Positions 35,512-45,430 of a DNA stretch of 45,430 bases are shown here, piece by piece. The translations under genes were made by a program, and so were the position numbers. Origin of the DNA: Chiloscyllium plagiosum (lineage: Eukaryota); NCBI RefSeq assembly GCF_004010195.1, contig NC_057711.1, forward strand, positions 73,484,736 through 73,530,165, in the 5' to 3' direction. The notes under the pieces were generated by a model. The model worked only from the letters and a program-made list of their open reading frames with translations. It did not search any database and was not told the origin of the DNA. How positions within the stretch are numbered: the stretch's first letter is position 1; each line of letters starts with the position of its first letter.

Positions 35512-35830
35512 GGGCGGCACAGTAGCACAGTGGTTAGCACTGCTTCCCTCACAGCGCCAGAGACCCGGGTTCAATTCCCGCCTCAGGCGACTGACTGTGT
35601 GGAGTTTGCACGTTCTCCCCGTGTCTGCGTGGGTTTCTCCCGGGTGCTCCGGTTTCCTCCCACAGTCCAAAGATATGCAGGTCAGGTGAATTGGCCATGC
35701 TAAACATGCTAAATTGCCCGTAGTGTTAGGCAAGGGGTAAATGTAGGGGTATGGGTGGGTTACGCTTCGGCGGGTCGGTGTGGACTTGTTGGGCCGAAGG
35801 GCCTGTTTCCACACTGTAATGTAATCTAAA
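35512..35830 (+). mobile_element. HE1-type V-SINE, young (CpGs retained)
   Basis: A box TAGCACAGTGG, B box GGTTCAATTCC, V-domain tgtgtggagtttgcacgttctccccgtgtctgcgtgggtttc, LINE-shared tail gggccgaagggcctgtttccacactgta. Confidence 0.95.
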
Positions 35831-36830
35831 AGAAAAGACCATCTAGAGTTGGAATGGGGAAGATTACATAATAATTGTGGTTTATTTCTGAAATGAGCCT
35901 AAAGTAGGATTTTAATTAATATGAAGAAAACTGTCTAGTTGTATGTTGCTGATGGAAGATTGGACCAATATTGAAAGCAGGGACTCATTTACATGCATCT
36001 TGCTAGTTGACCACTGAGAGGAGATGAAAATATATCTGGCCGTTGAAAATCATGCAATGTTACTATTGCACTTTTTATGCACTTGTAGCTCATGTTATTT
36101 TTGTAGTTACATTTCATAAACTTTATTGTTTATTATATCTTGAATAAATTAGTAATTTTAATTGTTCCTTTGATGTAATGTAAAGCTCTGGGTGTCAAAA
36201 TTCAGCTCCATACACATACTGTTTTACTTAGAAAATGGTGTCAGCATATCCTGGTGCAAGTCAACCAAGATACTATCTTGGTGAATACATTAGCACAAGT
36301 AATGGGCTTCCATCAGATGTTTGTAGAGAAGGCAGATCATAAGATGTTGAAGTCTTTAGGGAATGCTATTGTCTCTCCTATAGTACTTTGTCCAAATCAT
36401 GAATTCTGCATAAACCACATGGTTCCAAATATACATATGTACTCAACATCCATCTTGGATTACTGCATAGTAGAAGGAATAACTAGAGTTGACAAAGACC
36501 GAGAGAAGTTGTTGAGAAAGGGAAGAGGGGAAACTATAAACCTGTATAGTTTTGACATCTCTTAGGTTAAAGCTGACAATATTTGGAACATCTCTGAGTT
36601 TGCCATTTATTATTGCATACCGGGTGTTGCTTAAGTCAGCTGTATTCTCCCTTTTCCAGAGGGAAAGCAGACAGATACCTTTGAAAGGATGCTGCAGGAT
36701 GTCATTGACTCCATGGATATCAAATATGCTGCATCCAACAGCAATTCATCACCCTTAACATCCAGCTGAAAATTCATATGTCAGTAGGTTAATACTTAGT
36801 GTCTTGGGAGCACTCACTCCACTGTACCAT

Positions 36831-36930
36831 CATAGAGTCATAGAGATGTACAGCACCGAAGCAGACCCTTTGGTCCAACTCATCCATGCCGACCAGATAT
36901 CCCAACCCAATCTAGTCCCACCTGCCAACA
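36831..36930 (-). mobile_element. Short HER1 LINE 3' end
   Basis: catagagtcatagagatgtacagcaccgaagcagaccctt... Confidence 0.85.
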
Positions 36931-36934
36931 TCCT

Positions 36935-37240
36935 GCCCGTAATCATCTTCCTTCTGAGGTTCCCACCACCACAGATACCAGTCTTCAGCTAATTTAATTC
37001 ATTCCATATGCTATCAACAGACAGATAAAAGCAATCAAGATTAGCCCCACAATAGTACTGAAGACTTGTGCTCCAAAACTGGTCACACCCCTAGGCCAAG
37101 CTGTTCCAGTACAGATAGATAAGTAGTCATCTATCTGAAAACATAGAAAATTGCTCAGGTATGTTGTTTTCAAAAGGCAGGACAAATCTAACCTGCCAGT
37201 TACTTCCCTATCACTCTGCTCTCAACCATAAACTGCAAAT
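36935..37240 (+). mobile_element. Old CR1/L2-type LINE RT fragment
   Basis: IVLKTCAPKLVTPL..KLFQY..KIAQVC..KRQDKSN..YFPITLLS after frameshift correction. Confidence 0.75.
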
Positions 37241-37249
37241 AAAGGTTTT

Positions 37250-38092
37250 GAATTAAGGGAAGGCTGGTTTTAATAAGATAAGATAGAATCTTGCTAAAAT
37301 GAATTGTGAGCAGGAAAGTCCACATCAGAGCAGTGCAAGACTTTTGAAAGGGTAATAATGAGATTGCAAAGCCAGCATGTTTTTGTAAAGGTGAAAGGTG
37401 GAACCAACAAGGTCCAGAGAACCTGAATGCCAATGGGTTGACGAGATTGGATAAGGAGGGAAAAAAATAAGCTTATGATGGATACTAAAGGTTTAAAACA
37501 CAGTATGTTATAGAAAGTTGGTGGTTGCTTAAAAAGAAATTTGGAAAGCAAAGAAGGGATATGAGAAAACACTGACAGGTAACATTAAGGAGCATCCAAT
37601 GGCTTTTTTTTGGAGAATATATTAGAGGCTAGAGATTAAGCTGGGAAAGGATAGTGTCCATTAAAGACCAAAATGACAATTTGTGTGTGGATATGGAAGA
37701 CAGAGCTGAGGTTGTAAAGGAGCAGTTTGTATCTGTAGTCACAATAGACAAGGTGATGTTGATATAAAAATCAGGGAGGGGGACTTTGATATACTTGAAC
37801 AAATTAACATTGAGTGGGAGGGGATAATAACACTTTTAGTGGGTTTGAATGATAAATCCTCCAGTTCAGATGAGCTGTATACCAGGCTGGGAGGTAAAGG
37901 GGGAGACTGCAAGGATTGTTAAATGGTAGAAATCTAGAAAGTATAAACAATCAGAGGGGCATTGATGTGCATGTCCACAAATCCTTGAAGGCAGCAGGGC
38001 AGATAAGAAAGTAGTCAAGACATCATATGGGATATTTGCTTTTATTAGTCAAGGCTTTGAATATAAGAGCAAGGAGGTTCTGATGGAGCTGC
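37250..38092 (+). mobile_element. Decayed CR1 LINE fragments
   Basis: Parallels 2340-2960 and the tttgcttttattagtcaagg..gaatataagagcaaggaggt motif. Confidence 0.7.
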
Positions 38093-38094
38093 AT

Positions 38095-38640
38095 CCTGAT
38101 CCTTCTCAATAACACCCAATAGCCCTTTCCCAACCTGTAGCATCTTTGAATGAAAACACAGGAGATGCTATACCTGTCATTTTATCTTCTGGTTTTTCAT
38201 CTCCTACAGCCCATGTACTCTTCAGGGATAAAGTGTTCATGTGTACTTATCCCCCTTAACCTTTTAGTTATTTATTGGTTATGTTGTACTGGTTGCTTCT
38301 GATCCTCTATGCTAGGACTGATTTGCAGAATGCTGCCATTCAATCAATATGTGACCCCAGACCTCAAGTTGTTTGACATTTTAACTTGAATTTCAAATTG
38401 TAAGAACTTTTGTTCCCATTTTGCTTTTGGATGACAATTGTTGGTCATAATTCTGCATTTTCCATTAACAACTCCTCTCAACTCTTGTTATTTAGTTGCT
38501 TTTCATATAATTAAACTGCACCTGCTGTTTTGCTTTGCACCATCAACCCAATTCTAATGAAATCTCATTGGTTGAAATTGTAATCTGTTTTTCTCTCTCC
38601 ACAGATGCTGCAGACTGTCTGAGTATTACCAGCATTTTAG
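38095..38640 (+). mobile_element. Ancient Neptune-type PLE 3' remnant
   Basis: Faint similarity to 26990-27360. Terminal ctaatgaa..tgaaattgtaatctg..tctccacagatgctgcagactg is a decayed pseudo-LTR. Confidence 0.5.
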
Positions 38641-39424
38641 TCTCCCCTCTTCCCTTCCCCCTCTTACGTAAGATCATACTATCTGCTTGGGCACAATACA
38701 AAAATGAAACCAACAAACAATAACTACTTGAAACCAAATTTAGAAATCAAAGCATTCCATATTGAATATAAATATCAACTAACTACCTTTGTGCATTCCT
38801 CAGTACCTCCCTTTTCATATACATTCTTCTGTGCAGGCCTACCCCAGTCTTTGCAGCATGGAGATGTAGTAATGGTAAGACTTTGGAAGATTGCTTGGAT
38901 TTTAGAAGACCTTGCTTCAGTTTGCTGCTTTGGAGGTTAACAGATAACACTAAGGGCCCCAGTAGAATGGCATTGATAGGGGAACAAATATTGTGTCCTT
39001 GAAAGAAGATAGCAGGCTCTTGCTGCTTGGAAGTGCTTCATTAGGGTGTTACTCCCCTGGTTCTGCAGCATAGCAATGCAGTGATCTTTTAGAGGACCAT
39101 TTACTGAATTCTGTGACACCTTGTAAGAGGGTTCTAGCTGCAATGGTGAAGAGGGCATTGATCTGGGGAACTTGAGCAGTTGAGTATACTCCCTCCAGAG
39201 TAAAGGTTGTCTTTGGCAGAAAGAGATTGCATGGAGAGACAAACATAAGGGCTCCCCACCGGATTTGGGCAATAGGCTTAATTCCATGTAAGCCCACTGT
39301 TTCCTAATTCACCATTAATTTCCCTTCATGTTTGTAAATACCTGATGCCAGTGGAATAAGTAATCCCTGTTTCATGACCTTTGGGCATTCATCTGCTTAA
39401 ATATTGTACTGCAGCTCTTTGAAT

Positions 39425-40757
39425 ACAAGACTGTGAATCTAAGTTTGGTTGTGGGTAAATTGTTGGCGGTGATTACAAAAGATAGCATTTATGGACAATT
39501 AGAGGGGCAAAAATTAAGGATAGTCAGCATGGTTTGTGCGAGGAAAATCGTGTCTCACAAACTTGACTGAGCAGTCAAGGTTGATGATGGCAGTGCAGTA
39601 CGCATTGTTTATTTGGATTTTAATAAAGCCTTTGACAAGGTTCTGCAAGGTAGACTAATTAGTAAAGTTAGGTCACATGGGATTCAGGGTGCCCTAGCCA
39701 ATTGGATACATAATTGGTTTAATGGCAGGAGACAGACAGTAATGGTGATGGTGGCTTTTTGGACTGGAGGCCTGTGACCATTGTTATTCAACAGGGATTG
39801 GTTCTGGACTCTCTTTTGTTTGTCATTTACATAAATGATTTGGATGAGCATATAGAAGATATGGTTAGTAGTTTGGAGACGACACAAAAATTGGTGGCAT
39901 AGTAGACAGGGAAGAAGGTTTTCTAAGATTGCAAAGGGATCTTCATCAAATGGCTGAAAAATGGCAGATTGAATTCAATATGGACAAATGTGAGGTTTTG
40001 CATTTTGGTGCAACAAACAAGGGGAAGGCTTATACAATTAATGGTAGGGTATTGAGTAGTGTTGTAGAACACCGAGACCTACGGGAGCAGGAACATAATT
40101 CTTTGAAGTTTGCATCACAATTAGACAGGATTATTAAAACAACATTTGGCATGCTTGCTTTCATTGCTCAGTCCTTTGCATATAGGAGTTGAGATTGTAC
40201 AGGATATTAGTGAGGCCTTTTCTGGAATAATGTATCAGTTCTGGTCCCCCAGTTATAGGTAGGATATTATCAAGTTGGAGAGGGTTGAAAAGAGAGTTAC
40301 CAGGATGTTGCTGGGTCTGGAAAGTTTGAGTTATAAAGAAAGGTTGGCTAGGCTGGGACTTTTTTCACTGGAACATAGGAGGTTGAGAAGTGATCTGATA
40401 GAAATTTATAAAATAATGAGCGGTATAGTTAGAGTTAATGGTAGTTATCTATTCCTTAGGATGGGGGATTTCAGGACTTGGGACACATTGAAGATAAAAG
40501 GAGAGAAATTTTCAAAAAGACATAAGTAGCAAATTTTTACACAGAGGGTGGTTTACATGTGGAATGAACTTCCTGAGAAAATGGTGGATGCAGGTACAAT
40601 TATAACATTTAAAAGACATTTAGATAGATACGTTAATAGGAATGATTTGGAGGAATATGGGTTAGGAGCAGGCAGGTGGGATTAGTTTAGTTTGGGATTA
40701 TGTTCAGCATGGACTGGTTGGACTGAAGAGTCTATTTCCGTGCTGTATGACTCTATG
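39425..40757 (+). mobile_element. HER1/CR1 LINE RT to 3' end, decayed
   Basis: AEKWQIEFNMDKCEVLHFG and RRLRSDLIEIYKIM (ORFs 39929-40192 and 40275-40529); tail gtgctgtatgactctatg. Confidence 0.93.
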
Positions 40758-41409
40758 GGCTGCAGCCGTAATGGCAGTCTGTAGAGTCGACATTTTAGCA
40801 AGGTTTTGCTACATTTTGCTCAAAAGCTGTGTGAGCCTCCAAAACAGCAAACTTCTTGGCTTGAGCCTGAGTTTCCCTGGCACCACCCAGACAGGCTTCT
40901 GCTTTTGTTGAAACGGAAGCTGAAACATCAGTCACTCAAGTGTGTAAAGGAAATTGTCTACTATTTTCATGCTGGACTGGTAGAGTTTTAAACTTTGCAC
41001 TAAACCCTGAACTCCTTCATGCTCTTTGTTATCGATTGCAAGTTTTCTGGTACGCTTCCCAATGCACTAAACAATTGTATTGTGCATTATCATCAGTCTT
41101 CTTCTGGAGGCTGCCCTATCAACCACTGTAACCTCCGGTGATCTAGTGTTACCTGTACTATCCTGTTCCCTAACCCCGCTGTATTCATTTCATATGTGCT
41201 GTCTCTGCACATGCAGCTCCTGCCTCAAAGATGGTTTACAAAAATGTAATAGCCATATTTGCTGATGATACAAAAGTATGGATATATCATCTTATATCTG
41301 AGCAATAATCACTGCAGGTGAGAAAGCAAGTACTTGTGATTTGTCTTTCTCACTATTCTATCAATTCTTGCTCCTTCACCAATGTTGTCAAAGGGGCCAC
41401 AATGATCAT

Positions 41410-41850
41410 ACATCTTACTTTCCCCCTTGCATTCATTATTGACCTGAAATTTTATGCATCCAGGTAATTTCAGGAGATCCCCTGACCTCTGTGGCACCTT
41501 GCAGTTGGCAGCTCATCACATCATCAGATGGTGGAAAAGAGATACATCTACTCTGATGCAGAGGGGCTTGTGCAGAGAAAAATGACATTGGACTTTGCCT
41601 CTGGTCCAGATAGTCATTAATCAGACCCACATTCCCATCAATGCACCAACTGACCAACCAGTCAAATTCCTGGACAGAAAAAAGCTTCCACTTGTATAAT
41701 ATCCAGCAGGTCTGCGACCACATGAAGAGCAAGTTTGGAAGACTTCGCTCAGTTCTTATCATTCCTTCATCTTGAGTAATCCAAGTGTTACATCCTTATA
41801 GTTGCGCTCACCCTCAGTCTCCAAGGTTCTCTGTGACTGAGAATGAATTT
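41410..41850 (+). mobile_element. PIF/Harbinger DDE transposase fossil
   Basis: LKFYASR*FQ..DLCGTLQLAAHHIIR (HTH region). From 41601: LVQIVINQTHIPINAPTDQPVKFLDRKSFHLYNIQQVCDH, then HSFILSNPSV. These match the Harbinger/HARBI1 motifs GxIDxTHIxI.AP..NRKxxHSxNxQxVCD and HDSxI. Confidence 0.85.
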
Positions 41851-43007
41851 GAGGAAGCCTGCTTTATTGTCACTGTATCTGACTGATATGCCTATGGCTT
41901 ACATCCTTAACTTGAAGATGTCATTCGAGACTTCTCTGAAAGTTGTCGCTTGTGTGGTCCTTGGAGGAGTATCCTCTGTCAAAAGACCTGATAGCAAGAA
42001 TCTTTCCTGAAAAGCAAGCAAGGGATGGCAACGGGTATAGGCATAAGCTGCTCAAGCTTTCCTGACAGAATGCCTCCTTAATCTCAAGAATCAGTCAAGT
42101 GACCTTCTCTGAAATTATTCTGATGTAATTTGTGAAATTGTGTTCAAATAATGACCGAAATTGGTGAATGGCAATAATAGCCTCTTTATTCAGCAATCAC
42201 AGCACATGTTTGTGGAGGCAATAGAATCCCGAAATACAGTTCTTATAAGAGCCCCTTTATACATGCTTCTTACATATCATTACTATAGTGTTACATTTTT
42301 CATCTGGAAGACAGGAGATGGGTTAAAATGTGCTAAATACTGGCTGCTACTTCTGATGGGATGTGTGTCCAGTCTGCTTGCATAATTAGAGGTGTTAGTT
42401 GTTTTGCCTTTTAAATGAGTAAATGTTAGTAAAAATACTAGGCCTATATGCTCTAAATAAGTTAGAAATTGGCAAAAAAGAATAAAGGATATTGAAGTGA
42501 TTATTGCAGCTATGTGGTGAGATTTATTTATTATTTGCCAATATAAGTTTCATTCATTCATTCATTCAGGCAATTTCATGCAAGCACTGTTTTGCCAGTT
42601 GGTTTCTTAAAGGGATAATGGCCCATTTAAAAGGTATTTAACAGGTAATGTTTCGTGGAGACTTGACGGGGATGATATTGTTCTGTATGCTGAGGTAAAC
42701 TTTGCTTGTGGAAGGGGCTGATTCGGTGTGGAAATGCAGTGATGGGTTTGAAAGGGTTGTTTTCAAATTTGGATACGACAGAACTGGGGTTTTATGAATG
42801 AATGAAAGAAGCCATGTTAATGTAAATAACGGGTTGTGAATGAATGAGCAGGGACCCAGTTTAATGAATATAGAGAGCTGGTGAGTGAGTTAATAAAGAT
42901 AGCCTATAACACAATATCTCACAAATTATATACATTCTCAAGAAAGGAGACCAAAACCTAACAATCCCCCAAATAACTCTCACTGCAGCCCCATCAGCTG
43001 TAGCAAC

Positions 43008-43283
43008 ACTCCCCTACTTATATACTCAATTCCCCATGCAATTAACACCAACATTTAATTAGCATTTCTAATTACTTGTGCCTGTGTAGTGCTTTTTGTC
43101 ATTCAGGTAGCAAGCACCAATCTTTATTCAATTTCCACCACCAGGAAGATAGGAAAACACCCGGGTGGCCAGTGAACTCCCCTACTTATATACTCAATTC
43201 CCCATGCAATTAACACCAACATTTAATTAGCATTTCTAATTACTTGTGCCTGTGTAGTGCTTTTTTGTCATTCAGGTAGCAAG
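43008..43283. repeat. 107/108-bp direct repeat around a 61-bp unrelated spacer
   Basis: 43008-43114 equals 43176-43283 except for one extra T. Confidence 0.95.
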
Positions 43284-43681
43284 GCACTCAGATCCCTATG
43301 TAGTATAGAAATTTATTAACCTTCTCAGGTCAAATAATATTCTGCTTTTCTATTCTTCCTGTCAAGGAAAGCAACTTTAATTTCCCACATTACTCTCCAT
43401 TCTGTCAATTTTTTCTCAATCATTTAACTTATCTAAATTCTTTTGAAGACTTTTTATGTTATCTTGACGACTTTATTTCTACCTATCTTTGTGTAATCAG
43501 CATATTTAGCTAGTGTATATATTTGGTCCCTCCATCCAAGTTATTGATGGTAGTTGTGAAGAGTTGAGACCCCAGCATTGCTCCCTGTGGCACAGAGTAA
43601 CAGCTTGTGAAATCAAAAATTACCCATTGCCCTTGCTCTCCATTTCCTGTAAACTAACCAACAAACCATCCATACTAATAT

Positions 43682-43782
43682 AGGCAAAGGTTTCTTGATG
43701 AAGGACCTTTGTCTGAAACGTCAATTCTCCTGCTCCTGGGATGCTGCCTGGCCTGCTCTGCTTTTCCAGCAACAGACTCTCG
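43682..43782 (+). mobile_element. 101-bp PLE family A terminal insertion with 14-bp TSD
   Basis: ATCCATACTAATAT at 43668-43681 and 43783-43796. Contains TTGATGA-A-GGAC-CTTT-GTCT-GAAA-C-GTC. Confidence 0.85.
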
Positions 43783-44417
43783 ATCCATACTAATATGTTA
43801 ACCCCTAGAAAACTTCTATGGGAAACGTTACCAAATACTGTTTGGAAATCCAAGTGCACCACAAATACAGATTGTTCTTTATTCATCTTGCTTGTGATTT
43901 CTTTGAATATTTCTAACAAATTAGGAAGACAATATTTTCCTTTTACAAAGTCATTTACTCTAGGTGATTTGTACAATTATTGCACAAATGTCTTGCCATT
44001 AGCTTAATAGAGGATTTGAATGCTTCTTAATGACAAATGTTACACTGGGACCTGTTTGGGAGATCATAACCAATGCACCTACTATCTGTGCAGCCGTGGC
44101 CAAGGACAGGAATCATAGTGCTTGGTGCTGCTTCTGGTGACTACATTCCTATCCTAAGCATAGTGGACCCCCCTTTCCCCAACCTGAGCACAGCAGCCCT
44201 ATTCTCCAATCAAATTGTAGTAGGCCTTAAAGAGCCCTCAGCGAGCCCTCAGCCCTATGTACTGGGTTTTGACATATTCCCTATTTCAGGAACTATCTTC
44301 AGGTACTTCTGTTAAGAGGGTCTAGGATACAGGCCATTAGATTAAGGGGATATGTCAAACTTGAGTGTCTTATTTTTCCCAGTACCTTTTATGTCTTTGC
44401 TTTCAAGTATTCTTGAG

Positions 44418-45430
44418 ATACATTAAGGACAAAAGGGTAACTAGGGAGAGAATAGTGCTCCTCAATGATTAGCAAGGTGGCCTTTGTGTGGAGCCGCAGA
44501 AATTGGGGGAGATACTAAACAAGTATTTTCCATCAAAATTTATCGTGGAAAAGGATATGGAAGATATAGACTGTAGGGAAATAGATGGTGACATCTTGCA
44601 AAATGTCCATATTACAGAGGAGGAAATGCTGGATGTCTTGAAACGCATAAAAGTGGATAAATCCGCAGGACCTGATCAGGTGTACCCTAGAACTCTGTGG
44701 GAAGCTAGATAAGTGATTGCTAGGCCTCTTGCTGAGATATTTGTATCATCGATAGTTACAGGTGAGGTGCCGGAAGACTGGAGGTTGGCTAATGTGGTGC
44801 CACTGTTTAAGAAGGGTAGTAAGGACAAGCCAGGGAACTATAGACCAGTGAGCCCGACATCGGTGGTGGACAAGTTGTTGGAGGGAATCCTGAGGGACAG
44901 AATGTACATGTATTTGGAAAGGCAAGGATTGATTAGGGATAGTCAACGTGGCTTTGTGTGTGGGATATCATGTCTCACAAACTTGATTTTTTTTTGAAGA
45001 ATTAACAAAGAGGATTGATGAGGGCAGAGTGGTAGATGTGATCCAAATAGACTTCGGTAAGGTGTTCGGCAAGGTTCCCCATGGGAGACTGATTCGCAAG
45101 GTTAGATCTCACGGAATATAGGGAGAACTAGCCATTTGGATACAGAACTGGCTCAAAGGTAGAAGGCAGAGGGGGATGATGGAGGGTTGTTTTTCAGACT
45201 GGAGGCCAGTGACCAGTGGCTTACCACAAAGATCAGTGCTAGGTCCTCTACTTTTTGTCATTCACATAAATGCTTTGGATGCAAGCGTAAGAGGTACGGT
45301 AAGTAAGTTTGCAGATGACACCAAAATTCGAGGTGTAGTGGACAGCGAAGAGGGTTACCTCAGATTACAATGGGATCTTGATCAGATGGGCCACTGGGCC
45401 GAGAAGTGGCAGATGGAGTTTAATTCAGAT
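44418..45430 (+). mobile_element. HER1/CR1 LINE RT region, runs off the window
   Basis: KVDKSAGPDQVYPRTL, VPEDWRLANVVPLFKKG..PGNYRPVS, FADDTKI. Closely parallels 2685-3910. Confidence 0.95.

Larger units (their letters stand above)
42930..44040 (-). mobile_element. Decayed CR1 LINE RT region with nested inserts
   Basis: ORF 43620-43976 (-): FVKGKYCLPNLLEIF..VVHLDFQTVFGNVSH. Confidence 0.8.

Noticed and set aside
35512..35585. tRNA-like sequence with A and B boxes
   Set aside because: It is the head of an HE1 SINE and continues into the V-domain and LINE-derived tail; not a tRNA gene.

Overview
Vertebrate genomic DNA, most likely a cartilaginous fish (shark). This is inferred from HE1-type V-SINEs, HER1/CR1 LINEs and Deu/SacSINE-like elements. 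One host gene is well supported: an A20/AN1 zinc-finger gene of the ZFAND5 type on the minus strand. It has a CpG-island promoter at about 21.2-22.0 kb, a non-coding first exon, and four phase-compatible coding exons (15760-15610, 11617-11512, 9042-8945, 7233-7108; 160 codons + 1 nt). The terminal exon that completes the AN1 finger was not found, and a 243-N gap in that intron looks like a join between two LINE copies. The rest is mostly transposon debris: CR1, L2 and RTE LINEs, SINEs, a Harbinger transposase fossil, and at least nine Penelope-like element (PLE) pieces. The most striking signal is that the PLE termini from three or four unrelated families all carry a minimal type I hammerhead ribozyme (CUGANGA + 1 extra nt, stem II, GAAA, palindromic loopless stem III, NUH, stem I) with compensatory stem changes between families. 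One fully intact copy (10250-10285) lies in sense orientation in a ZFAND5 intron. Several local duplications or templated insertions and a 5S-rRNA/tRNA composite are also present. All calls are by-eye reading; repeat boundaries are approximate.
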